Origin: a virus
Lineage: Duplodnaviria > Caudoviricetes
Virus record (IMG/VR): IMGVR_UViG_3300035154_000018
Span: 1-61,806 of that record
DNA: 61,806 nucleotides
Direction: 5' to 3' (one strand)
This document shows positions 44,970 through 53,935 of this stretch, piece after piece; positions within the stretch are counted from its first letter, which is position 1; every line of letters starts with the position of its first letter. The notes below the pieces were generated by a model that was not told the origin of the DNA, searched no databases, and saw only the letters and a list, made by a program, of their open reading frames with translations. A program made the position numbers and the translations under genes.

Positions 44970-47039
44970 TCAGCTGGCCGGCCGAGTGAACTGCCACGAG
45001 TCGTTCACCGTGTCGGCGAAGTAGTAGCCGGACGCCGGGACGGCGTACAGCGTCTCGCTCACGCCGGCCGAGATCGCGGTCTGAGCACCCGCGGACAGCG
45101 TGGTGGTGCCGTCCGAAGCCTTGTAGACCACGCCGGTGACGGACGGGATCGTGACGACACCCGTCGAGGCGACGAAGGCCGGCTTGACCGGCGCGACCAG
45201 GACGTTCCCGACGGCGGTGGCCATGATGACCAGGGCCGCCTTGGGACGCACCAGGGCACCCGACAGGCGGGTCTCGAGCAGGTACTTGTTCTGGTTGTAG
45301 TCGATGTCGAAGTCGTCGAACATCGTCAGCTCGCCACCGGCGTCGGTACCGACGTTGTAGTCGGCCAGGTTGACGATGATGCCGATCAGGTTCGGGACGC
45401 GCTTCAGGACCTCGCAGGTCACGACCTGGTCCACACCGAGAGCGGACGCGACGGCGGCCCGGGTCTCGTAGTAGCGCCGACCGTTGGCATCCTTGGCCTT
45501 CATGAACTTGTTGAGCTGCGGGATCGTGGTGTAGAAGGTCGGGACACCGGTACCCTTGAGGTACTCCTGACCGTCCATCACCAGGTCGATGACCTCCTCG
45601 TACGAGGAGTTCGCGTCGTCCACGTTGGCGTTCAGCGTGGTGACGTAGTACTCGTGGTCGTTCAGGATCGAGCGGATGCCCGCACCCGAGGACGCGCCGG
45701 CCGGGTCCTTGACCTTGTCCTCGGCGCCGGTGGAGCGACCGTCACCGATGAGGATCGCGGTCGCGATTTCCTCCTCGGTCATGAGACGCATCTCGGTCTT
45801 GAGGAAGGCGACCATGTCGAACTCGGTGATGTCGAGCAGGTCGTCGCGGTCGATCTTCTGCTTCTTGTACACGGTGGTCGGAGTGGTGCTGCGCTGCGTG
45901 ACGCCGAACCACTCTTCGAGCTTGAAGTTGCCCTTGATGTAGCCCTTGGCACGGGCCTCGTCCTGGGTCAGGTCCGCCGCGAAGGTCTTGATCCGCGAGA
46001 ACGGGGTGTGCCGCGTGCCGGCGAGCACGTTCTGCACCCACTCGGTGCGACGCTTGTCCAGCTCCGGGGCGCCGGTGATGTTCTTGGCGTCCGGGAACAG
46101 GATGTCGATGTTGGTGACGCCGTGGGCGAGGGAGTTCTCGTCGGCCTCGGCGTGCGCGAAGAAGTCTGCGACCGCCATCTTCAGCGAGCCCAGACGGGCG
46201 GCCTCCTTGAAGATCTTGGTACGGTCGGCGTGCGACAGCGTGGGGGTCTCGGCTTCCGCCGTGCCGGCACCCTGCTGCTCGAAGAGGTTGCGAGCCATGT
46301 CGGTGGTTCCTTCCTGGTGGGCGATGCCCTCGTCGGTGGTATCGGAGTGCTCGGCGGAGGTACCGCTGTCGCTCTTTTTGGCCTCAGCCTCTTGGAGTGC
46401 CACGCCGACCATGTAGTGAACGGCGGTCTTCTCGTCTTCCGACATGCTGTCGTAGACGTCCTTGATGGTCATCTCGGGGACCGCATCGGCGTGCTCGATC
46501 GGCTCGGACTCGACGACCTTGTCGCTCTCGGTCTTGTTGTCCTCGACGGGAGTGACCTCTTCGCCCACGGTGGGCAGCTCGATCTCGCCCATGTGGGTAA
46601 TGATGGCTTCGTCAGCCAACTCGTCGTAGTCGCCTTCATCGGCACTGTGCTGGATGCGAACCTGGTCGATCTTGGCGCCGGGGTTGGCGCCCGCCAGAAC
46701 CAGACTGACTTCCTTGATGCTGCCGTGGGAAACGACCTTGTTGATCTCCTGGAGCTGGTTCGCCCAGATCGACAGCGAGTCCAGGTCACCGTGGGAGACC
46801 GCCATCTTGGCGTTCTGACCGTTGGGCGACTCGTTGAAGAAACCGCGGGCGTACACACCGTCCGGGCGTGCCTCCAGCAGAACGTGACCGAGGACGTTGG
46901 CCATGTCCTTGTGGCCGTGCTGGTAGACGAGCGGCACCTTCTTGCCGTCCATGTGCTGGAAGGCTGCGGCCTTGATGACTCGTCCGTCGGAGCACCTGAG
47001 ACCGGCCTTGGTGGCGTACCCGCCGAAATCGGGTTCCAT
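44970..47039 (-). CDS. Prohead protease-major capsid fusion protein
   Basis: N-terminal HK97-type protease (YQHGH, LSI, EVSLVLAGANPGA), acidic linker, capsid domain; very high GC3. Confidence 0.88.
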   Translation of the reverse strand: MEPDFGGYATKAGLRCSDGRVIKAAAFQHMDGKKVPLVYQHGHKDMANVLGHVLLEARPDGVYARGFFNESPNGQNAKMAVSHGDLDSLSIWANQLQEINKVVSHGSIKEVSLVLAGANPGAKIDQVRIQHSADEGDYDELADEAIITHMGEIELPTVGEEVTPVEDNKTESDKVVESEPIEHADAVPEMTIKDVYDSMSEDEKTAVHYMVGVALQEAEAKKSDSGTSAEHSDTTDEGIAHQEGTTDMARNLFEQQGAGTAEAETPTLSHADRTKIFKEAARLGSLKMAVADFFAHAEADENSLAHGVTNIDILFPDAKNITGAPELDKRRTEWVQNVLAGTRHTPFSRIKTFAADLTQDEARAKGYIKGNFKLEEWFGVTQRSTTPTTVYKKQKIDRDDLLDITEFDMVAFLKTEMRLMTEEEIATAILIGDGRSTGAEDKVKDPAGASSGAGIRSILNDHEYYVTTLNANVDDANSSYEEVIDLVMDGQEYLKGTGVPTFYTTIPQLNKFMKAKDANGRRYYETRAAVASALGVDQVVTCEVLKRVPNLIGIIVNLADYNVGTDAGGELTMFDDFDIDYNQNKYLLETRLSGALVRPKAALVIMATAVGNVLVAPVKPAFVASTGVVTIPSVTGVVYKASDGTTTLSAGAQTAISAGVSETLYAVPASGYYFADTVNDSWQFTRPAS

Positions 47040-47056
47040 TTTGACAGTCTCCTCTC

Positions 47057-48385
47057 TTACTTGGTTGTGGAGTTACTGGCTCCGACGGAGCCGGTTATTT
47101 GAAGTCGCTTGGGTGGTGTCAATGTAGTGACGGCCTTCTTTGGCGACGTGGTCACTGTTGCGGGGATTGGTGTTGGTGAATCACCCGACGGCAGCGCTGG
47201 CGTTTGAGGCATGTTGCTATTGACCAACTGGTCGGCCTTCGGATCCGTGCTGGGCTTGATGCCCATAAACCCGCGGATCTCATTCGGAGCCAAGATCTCG
47301 TTGCGAGAGAACTTGTCCGCGATGTCAGCCATGTCAGCCAGCGGCACCATCTTGAAGGGATCACGGAAAGCCATGATGGACTGGTTCTGCGCCCGAGCGG
47401 TCTTAGTGATGAACTTACGTCGCATCTCTTCGATAAGAGCTACGATAATGGGTTCGATCGTCCGGTTGTAGTAGTTCTTCATGGTCGCTTCGTCAGCGGT
47501 ACCGTTCATCACCTCAGGTGTCAAACCGAGTTCTGTATACAGTTTGTCGGTTAGATACTGGACTTGACCCAGAAGAGTATTCTCCACCGGTCGATTCAGC
47601 TGGGTGATCTTCTCGGTACCGTCGGTGTAGGCGATTCCGTACTGACTACCCCGCAACTGTTGCTCGATTTCCGTACGTCGCCTCTGAGCGTCGACCTTGC
47701 GGGCCTCAGATTTGATGACGTATGGCAACTGGATAATCATGTCCAGTTTACCCGAGTTCACTTGTTCGTCCATCGAGTCAAGCAGCTTGAGTTTGCGAAT
47801 AAGTCGTTGGAGAGTGGAATTCGGCTCATTCATCACGTTGTAGAGAGGATTCTCCACGATGGCGACGTACTTCTTGTCGAGGGTGACCTCTTGACGAAGA
47901 CCCGTTTTCTCGTTGTAGACGTCGACACGGACATGCTGAGGGTGCCAGGCAGCAATGTGACCGACACGCATGGTTTTGATGTCGAAACTACCCGAGGCGT
48001 TGGGATCGACAGTAGTATCGATAGGCACTAGTGCCACGACACCTTTGTCAAACATCGTCAGAACTGCGTCTTGACGGAAAGCACGAGCGGCTTGATCCAG
48101 ATTGGCTTCGACGGTTAGGCAGTTGTTAAGCCCACTATCAACATCCTCAGTGTATCGCTTTTTATCGTCCAAACGAACATGAAGAATATCGATAGCTGTC
48201 GCGTCAAGACCGAGTCGAGTGTAGATCGAGGAAATGATCGAACGCTCGTTGCCGAAGGTCATGCGCGTTCGATCTGGACGAACGCCACCGTACATCATCG
48301 ATCCACGACTATAGTCGTAGTCGTTTCGCACTTCCAGACCGACAAACGCATTCCATGCGTGTTTGATTCGGTCAACGATTGGCAT
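47057..48385 (-). CDS. Portal protein
   Basis: 442 aa between terminase and capsid; PNEIRG..G..P motif. Confidence 0.85.
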   Translation of the reverse strand: MPIVDRIKHAWNAFVGLEVRNDYDYSRGSMMYGGVRPDRTRMTFGNERSIISSIYTRLGLDATAIDILHVRLDDKKRYTEDVDSGLNNCLTVEANLDQAARAFRQDAVLTMFDKGVVALVPIDTTVDPNASGSFDIKTMRVGHIAAWHPQHVRVDVYNEKTGLRQEVTLDKKYVAIVENPLYNVMNEPNSTLQRLIRKLKLLDSMDEQVNSGKLDMIIQLPYVIKSEARKVDAQRRRTEIEQQLRGSQYGIAYTDGTEKITQLNRPVENTLLGQVQYLTDKLYTELGLTPEVMNGTADEATMKNYYNRTIEPIIVALIEEMRRKFITKTARAQNQSIMAFRDPFKMVPLADMADIADKFSRNEILAPNEIRGFMGIKPSTDPKADQLVNSNMPQTPALPSGDSPTPIPATVTTSPKKAVTTLTPPKRLQITGSVGASNSTTK

Positions 48386-48400
48386 GTCTCACCCCCTTTC

Positions 48401-48859
48401 CTACTTCAGAGTTGTGATGTTGAAGGCGCCGCCGTGCGACTTAGCGTAGGCAAGTTTGGCTGCTTTGGAACCGATGGCAATCGTAGATTCGGCAAGCTTC
48501 GAAGCCGCACGATTTGCCTCTGCCCGATCAGCAACATGACTAGCCAAACTACTAATCGGTGTAGCTCCAGAATGAGCAAGAAGAGTGAGAGTAAAGGCAG
48601 CTCCGGCAATGATAAGCGTCTGCTTTACTTTGCGAACATCTTCTTTGTGCAGTGCTTCTTTCCGAGTCAAGCCAGAATTCAGGTGCGCGTTGATACGTTG
48701 TACGGAATTACCTCGGTACTGCATGTGGTCGTTCGCTTGCATTCTGGCGGTATAAGAAGGATGCATGGAAACGGCCTTATGCTGACCCCAGTGCATACCT
48801 TTGACTCCGAAATGCGCCAGCTCATCCAGAGGAGGCTTCTCCTCGCCCCCGAGTATCAT
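48401..48859 (-). CDS. Hypothetical protein with LAHFGVKGMHWG motif
   Basis: 152 aa, coupled to terminase stop. Confidence 0.7.
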   Translation of the reverse strand: MILGGEEKPPLDELAHFGVKGMHWGQHKAVSMHPSYTARMQANDHMQYRGNSVQRINAHLNSGLTRKEALHKEDVRKVKQTLIIAGAAFTLTLLAHSGATPISSLASHVADRAEANRAASKLAESTIAIGSKAAKLAYAKSHGGAFNITTLK

Positions 48860-50628
48860 TCGAATGCCTCCTTGTTGAGCTTCCAGGCGATGTAGGCGTC
48901 CATGAGAGCAGACACGTTGTCGATCTTGTCTTGATAGCGCGTCTTCAAGAGCTTGCGGTTACCGTTGGTATCTTCGAGAGTAATGGCGTTCCCCATAGCA
49001 AACTGCATCAAGACCTCGTCGAATATCAGCTGACGCTGCTCGGCAAGAATCTTAAGTTCCCCCAGCGGGACCGATTCGGTCCTAGAACCCTGAAGAACTT
49101 TCTCGATACCATACGGTCCGTTCTCTTGCTCCCAGCGAGTGACGAACTCTTTCGCGTTGTACGGGTCGAACCCAAAGGCGCGAATATCGTACGCTTGCGT
49201 CTGGATGAACTGATCGAGATCATCGTAGACGTCCATCATGTCGAGAACCGAGCCCTCGAGCACGTGGAGACTGCCTTCATTGATGAACTCTTCGTACTTG
49301 TGCCTCATGGCTCCGGGTAGTTTGGCCAGCGTCAAACTCGTGATGTAGCTGCGAGTCTTAATACCGAAACCAGTACGTACTGGAAACATGAATGTAAAGG
49401 CGCAGAAGTCGTCTCCTTGCGAGAGGTCGGCCCCCATCGAACAAGGCATTCCATCGAAATGACGTCGAGCAAATGGGATAGTTTCCTCGTACGTGAAGAA
49501 GTACGTGTAACCTTCCATCGGAATACCGAACCGCTTGGCGAGGATGTCATTACGCGAAGCGGGAGCTTTCTCAGCTCGCTCGACGTCCTGCTGGTAGGTG
49601 TCGTACGTGACGGTCTTACCGAGGTTTGGATTTGCTTTCACCCACAGTTCGGGGTGATTCACTTCATCAAGCTCGTCCAGTCGGTAATGCCAGATCGAAA
49701 TATGCGGAGCCTGGTAATCATCTCGAAGAATTGTTTGGAGTTCCATTTTAATGGTATCTCCGGAACCATTCCGAACGGTTCCCTCCGAGCTAATCGCGAC
49801 GATGAGCCAGTCATCTAGTTTAGAGGCGCCTTGCTCAATTGCTCCGATGACGTCTTCACGCGTATCACCAGAAAGCCATTCGTCGACCGTCGAGGTCTTA
49901 GGGCGTAGCCCCTGAAGCTTATTGATGGACATCGGACGAATCTCAATGATCGAACCAGTGAGAAAGTTCTCGATACCCTTCTTGGTGGACGCAAGCTGCA
50001 CGCGAGCAGCCTTGGATCCGGTGGTGTTTTGTAGTGAACCAGCGGTGAGAAATTTGAACAGTGGACCACGTGAACGGGTGACCGCAGTTCGAATCGGTGA
50101 CATGACCTCTTCGGCCTGTTTCATCGTCGGGGCCGTAGTGATTTGGTGCGTCGTTGCCGTATCGATGTTCAGGAAGTAACTCTGAATTAAAGAAGCGTAC
50201 ATCGACTTAGCAGCACCACGAGCAACGATCAGATACTGCTTGGTAGTGAGTCGTTTCTTCAGAACTCGATTGACGTACTGGCCGCCGTGATGATCGGCAT
50301 CCGGAACGTAAACACTACGTTCAATAAAGAAATACCACCCGAAAATCTGCTCTGCCCATAACTTGAAAGAATCCAGCAAATATAGGTCGGAGCCGTCGGT
50401 CAGTGTCAGCTCATTCTCACAGTAGAGAATGAACCCGTTAATCGCGTTTGCGTCGTAGTAGTAGTTGGGGTTGACGATGAGTGCATCGATCCGATTCATC
50501 TCTAGCGAAATCTCACGATTTACCGGGATCTCGCCTCGAATAACCGAGTGTCGAAATTGTTCGTAATAGTACGGCGTTGCTGTGTTGGACAAACCATCCA
50601 GCAACTCGTCTGGAATTCTCATCGTCAA
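48856..50628 (-). CDS. terL: Terminase large subunit
   Basis: VARGAAKS (Walker A), TVDE (Walker B), GADLS, FDPYNA, KIDNVSA nuclease motifs. Confidence 0.92.
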   Translation of the reverse strand: MTMRIPDELLDGLSNTATPYYYEQFRHSVIRGEIPVNREISLEMNRIDALIVNPNYYYDANAINGFILYCENELTLTDGSDLYLLDSFKLWAEQIFGWYFFIERSVYVPDADHHGGQYVNRVLKKRLTTKQYLIVARGAAKSMYASLIQSYFLNIDTATTHQITTAPTMKQAEEVMSPIRTAVTRSRGPLFKFLTAGSLQNTTGSKAARVQLASTKKGIENFLTGSIIEIRPMSINKLQGLRPKTSTVDEWLSGDTREDVIGAIEQGASKLDDWLIVAISSEGTVRNGSGDTIKMELQTILRDDYQAPHISIWHYRLDELDEVNHPELWVKANPNLGKTVTYDTYQQDVERAEKAPASRNDILAKRFGIPMEGYTYFFTYEETIPFARRHFDGMPCSMGADLSQGDDFCAFTFMFPVRTGFGIKTRSYITSLTLAKLPGAMRHKYEEFINEGSLHVLEGSVLDMMDVYDDLDQFIQTQAYDIRAFGFDPYNAKEFVTRWEQENGPYGIEKVLQGSRTESVPLGELKILAEQRQLIFDEVLMQFAMGNAITLEDTNGNRKLLKTRYQDKIDNVSALMDAYIAWKLNKEAFE

Positions 50629-50809
50629 CCTCCTCTCTACTTCTTCTTGCGGTTGGGTTTACTCAGCTGGGCACCGCTAACTCGCTGACGAGGAATTGCT
50701 TGGCCTTGTCGAGGCGAGTCATTGCGATCGGCTGGTGGGTTATACGCCGAGCTTTCTGTGCCAAAACGGCGCAGAATTTTACTGGTGATTTTTCCTACGA
50801 TTAAACCCA

Positions 50810-51892
50810 TTACTTCCCGATCGCCTTGTGTGGACCATCGAGAGCGTCGGCGAACTGGTTTCCCGTGGTCCAGGCCTTGACCTTGATCGGGCCACGATCA
50901 GCGCTGGCGCCACCGGGACGCTTCAGCCATGAGGCTGCGGTGTCTTTGGCGACGTCATTGATGAAGTTGCCGGCCCACTTCTTGCCGGCGCCCACGAGGG
51001 TTTCTTCGTGTTCGATCTTCTTCAGGTCCTTGAACTGACGCTCGAGGGACATCCGAGTAATCAGCTGCTGCAAGTCCTGGTTGCTGAGCGTGTTAACACC
51101 AGAAACCTTGGCCTTTGTCTTGACGAAACCGGCTTCTCGGGCATCCTTGGACGGCTTAATGTCGACCAACTGCTTACGCTTCAGCTTGTCGGCGACTTGT
51201 GCCCGACGGTTTGTCTCGGTGATTTTCTTCAGTTTCTCGTCGTTCGAAGAAGCTTTGGCGTTAGCCTTGGTTTCTTTTGTCGATCCCGAAGATGAACCAC
51301 CAGTAGGGGTATCATGACGAACCCCCCACTTCTGACCCTTGACGCCGTGATGACTGAGGAAATTCTTTCCTCGTTCCATCGCCATGACCAAGGGATCCGT
51401 TGAAGGCTTCATTGGGAATTCAACTCCTTCGTAGTTCCCTCGCCACAGTGCGATTCGATCGAAATACACCGACGTCGTTCCCGGGTAAGTTGCTTCGTCT
51501 TCTTTGGCCGGTACATCCGCACTGCCCAAAGTCAGATGAGGTACCCATTCCGGGAATTGCGTTGTCGAATTGTACGACAAGTGAATATCGTTATTCGACA
51601 GGAGTTGCGTCCTGAAATCGTCGAGCTTGTCGATTCCGTAAGGCTTGAAGAACAAGACCTCAACAGGATTTTTGCCCAACTCTCCTCGATGATCACCATC
51701 GAGAACGAAAGGATGCATGGTCGTGTCGACCGCGTGCTTGATGAATTTCTGCACACGGTCGACATTCGCCAGTTGATCGCCCAGATACAGCAACGTTACA
51801 TGCGGTATCTTTTCGCTCGATGCTTTCCAGGACGGATCGTCCGAAGCCGGAATAGCAACAATGACGTATGTTGTTCCAACGTCTACTGCCAC
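50810..51892 (-). CDS. 2H phosphoesterase domain fused to HHGVKGQKWG-motif protein
   Basis: Two HxT motifs PHVTL and PHLTL in the N-terminal half; basic C-terminal half begins LSHHGVKGQKWGVR. Confidence 0.75.
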   Translation of the reverse strand: MAVDVGTTYVIVAIPASDDPSWKASSEKIPHVTLLYLGDQLANVDRVQKFIKHAVDTTMHPFVLDGDHRGELGKNPVEVLFFKPYGIDKLDDFRTQLLSNNDIHLSYNSTTQFPEWVPHLTLGSADVPAKEDEATYPGTTSVYFDRIALWRGNYEGVEFPMKPSTDPLVMAMERGKNFLSHHGVKGQKWGVRHDTPTGGSSSGSTKETKANAKASSNDEKLKKITETNRRAQVADKLKRKQLVDIKPSKDAREAGFVKTKAKVSGVNTLSNQDLQQLITRMSLERQFKDLKKIEHEETLVGAGKKWAGNFINDVAKDTAASWLKRPGGASADRGPIKVKAWTTGNQFADALDGPHKAIGK

Positions 51893-52230
51893 TTATCCAC
51901 CTCCATGACGGTGTAAATCCGGTACTCTAGCTCCTTGGCATTGGCCTCGATCGCCGCGATGGCGAAAGAAGTTGCCGGCGGATCAAAGAGCAGTCGAACC
52001 TTGAGCAGGACGTACGACTTGACGGTGTTCAGACGGAGGTCGGATCCTAGGAACTCGTCCCACGTGGAATCCTTGTCCTCAATCTGGTACCCGTTCACAG
52101 GACCGACACCAAGCTGGTTCAACGTTGCGAGAACCGTGTTGGTGAACATCAGAATATCGGGATCGAACGCGACGTAATCCTCGTCGAGACCGAGACTCTT
52201 CTTGATCGATGTGAGGATGCTGGATTCCAC
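51883..52230 (-). CDS. Head-tail connector-like protein
   Basis: SILTSIKKSLG...LNQLGVG...RLLFDPP; GTG at 52230 after GAGGAG. Confidence 0.7.
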   Translation of the reverse strand: MESSILTSIKKSLGLDEDYVAFDPDILMFTNTVLATLNQLGVGPVNGYQIEDKDSTWDEFLGSDLRLNTVKSYVLLKVRLLFDPPATSFAIAAIEANAKELEYRIYTVMEVDKWQ

Positions 52231-52249
52231 GTGGGACTCCTCGTTCCGG

Positions 52250-53032
52250 CTAGAACTTGCCGGTGTTGAGCCGGCGCTGCAGGGCCTTGACGACCAGCGA
52301 CACCGGCGTGGTGATGTGACCGTCGACCGGGCTCTTGAGGTAGCTCTGGAGCCGGCGGATGGTGAGTGGACCGAGGTCACCGTCGATGACGAGACGGTGG
52401 TCCACCGTGGTCTTGAGCCGGCCCTGAACGGCCTCGATGAGCTTGCTCTTCTTGGAGTCGATCTTGCCGTCGACAGGAGTCTTCATGACCTTCTGCCAGA
52501 GCTTGATCGTTTCCGGGCCGAGCTTGCCGTCGACGTCGATGTGCGGCTTGGTGGCCGGCGGTTTCGGCGGCGGGGACGTGGTGGTCGAGGACTTGCACTT
52601 GGCCGCGATCGTGGCGAGCTTGGACGCGCCCACGTTGATCTCGAAGTGCATCTCGTCGATCATCGCGGAGACGTAGTTGCCGCCCCAGCGGATCGCACCC
52701 TCGTAGAAGGCGAGCTGGGTCTCGATCTTCGCCTTCTGGCCGGCCGTGAAGGTGTTGTGCTTCCCGCGCGGGTGCTTGTTCCAGCGCAGATCCTCCGCGG
52801 TACCCGAGGCGTGGTTGCTCAGAACCGTCGACCCGAGAATGCTCCGGGGGTTGTACCCGCCGGTGTCCGCCGGAGTCAGCTGCTCGATGTTCTTGTCGTA
52901 CCACCGCGCGAAGTGCAGGAGCACCACCGAGGCGTCGCCCTTGCGGAGCAAGATCTTGACGTCCCGGGCGATCGTGAAGGTCGCGATGAGACTCGGATCG
53001 GCGGCCTTGTAGCCGTTCTGAGAGAGTGCCAT
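52250..53032 (-). CDS. Endolysin: M15 peptidase plus peptidoglycan-binding repeats
   Basis: SNHASGTAED (SxHxxGxAxD) and DEMHFE; DG..GP.TI repeats. Confidence 0.88.
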   Translation of the reverse strand: MALSQNGYKAADPSLIATFTIARDVKILLRKGDASVVLLHFARWYDKNIEQLTPADTGGYNPRSILGSTVLSNHASGTAEDLRWNKHPRGKHNTFTAGQKAKIETQLAFYEGAIRWGGNYVSAMIDEMHFEINVGASKLATIAAKCKSSTTTSPPPKPPATKPHIDVDGKLGPETIKLWQKVMKTPVDGKIDSKKSKLIEAVQGRLKTTVDHRLVIDGDLGPLTIRRLQSYLKSPVDGHITTPVSLVVKALQRRLNTGKF

Positions 53033-53298
53033 TAGACGCAGCACCCCTCATCCGGGTTCTCGGCGTCGGTCGCCGCGGACTCGTCGAAGCTGTCCGCGGG
53101 GAGCTCTGCCTGGCCCTGCTCGGAGTCGACCTCGTCGTAGGACGGGAACGAATCCGGGCTGGGGAGGTCGTCAGGCACCAGGTTCTCCTCGGGAAGAGGG
53201 GACTCCTCGAGCGTGTCGGCGTCGCTGGTCGAGTCGTCCGTCACCGGAACGTCCTCGGCCGGAACGTCAGCCTGCGGCTGCTCGTTCTCGTCTGCCAT
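53032..53298 (-). CDS. Highly acidic small protein
   Basis: 88 aa D/E/P-rich, AAGGAG RBS, coupled to endolysin start. Confidence 0.65.
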   Translation of the reverse strand: MADENEQPQADVPAEDVPVTDDSTSDADTLEESPLPEENLVPDDLPSPDSFPSYDEVDSEQGQAELPADSFDESAATDAENPDEGCCV

Positions 53299-53339
53299 TT
53301 TGACAGATCTCCTTACTTGTGGTTGGGGATCCTGTTGTG

Positions 53340-53924
53340 TTACGAAACCGCTGCCCAGATAGCGTTGGCAGTGGCTGTCTGCGCGCTGAACGTACTCGGC
53401 GACGCGGTAGTCAAACCGGTGTTAGCCGACGAGTAACGCATGACTGGTGTTGCTAGTCCTACGTTGATGGAAGCAGCTGCTTGCGAACTCCCTCGAAGGA
53501 ATGCCGGCTGTGTAGTCCCGACGGAATAGAATCCGACATAGACGTAGCCGCTGTTGACTGCTTGTGCCGACGACAAAGCCATCGTCTTGAGACCGGTAGA
53601 GGTCCAGTTAGTGGCCTGATTCGCCGTTGCTGCCAATAACGCACCGCTCGCCGAGTAGAGAGAGGCAAAGCACTGGTTCGCTGTCAGCGTGGCTCCCGCA
53701 GTCACAACGTAAAGACCCACGTTAGTAATCGTTGCTGCAGCAAGGAGCTTGATCTTGGTGAGATACAGAACCCCACCAGTACCAATGGCGGTTCCTTGAC
53801 CATGCGATGGGTCAAACGACCAACCCAAGAGACCGTGCTCTTCCGGGCCGAATTGCGCAATAGCGCGACTCGTATCGAGCAATGATCCACCTTCGACGTA
53901 AGGCGGCAAACGCACAAGAGACAT
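53340..53924 (-). CDS. Minor virion protein (beta-rich)
   Basis: 194 aa Ala/Thr/Ser-rich after the fibre gene. Confidence 0.7.
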   Translation of the reverse strand: MSLVRLPPYVEGGSLLDTSRAIAQFGPEEHGLLGWSFDPSHGQGTAIGTGGVLYLTKIKLLAAATITNVGLYVVTAGATLTANQCFASLYSASGALLAATANQATNWTSTGLKTMALSSAQAVNSGYVYVGFYSVGTTQPAFLRGSSQAAASINVGLATPVMRYSSANTGLTTASPSTFSAQTATANAIWAAVS

Positions 53925-53935
53925 GTCAACCGCCT

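Noticed and set aside
36089-47102. Long + strand ORFs (e.g. 36089-37630, 45654-47102)
   Set aside because: Antisense shadows of GC3-biased structural genes with no motifs or RBS.
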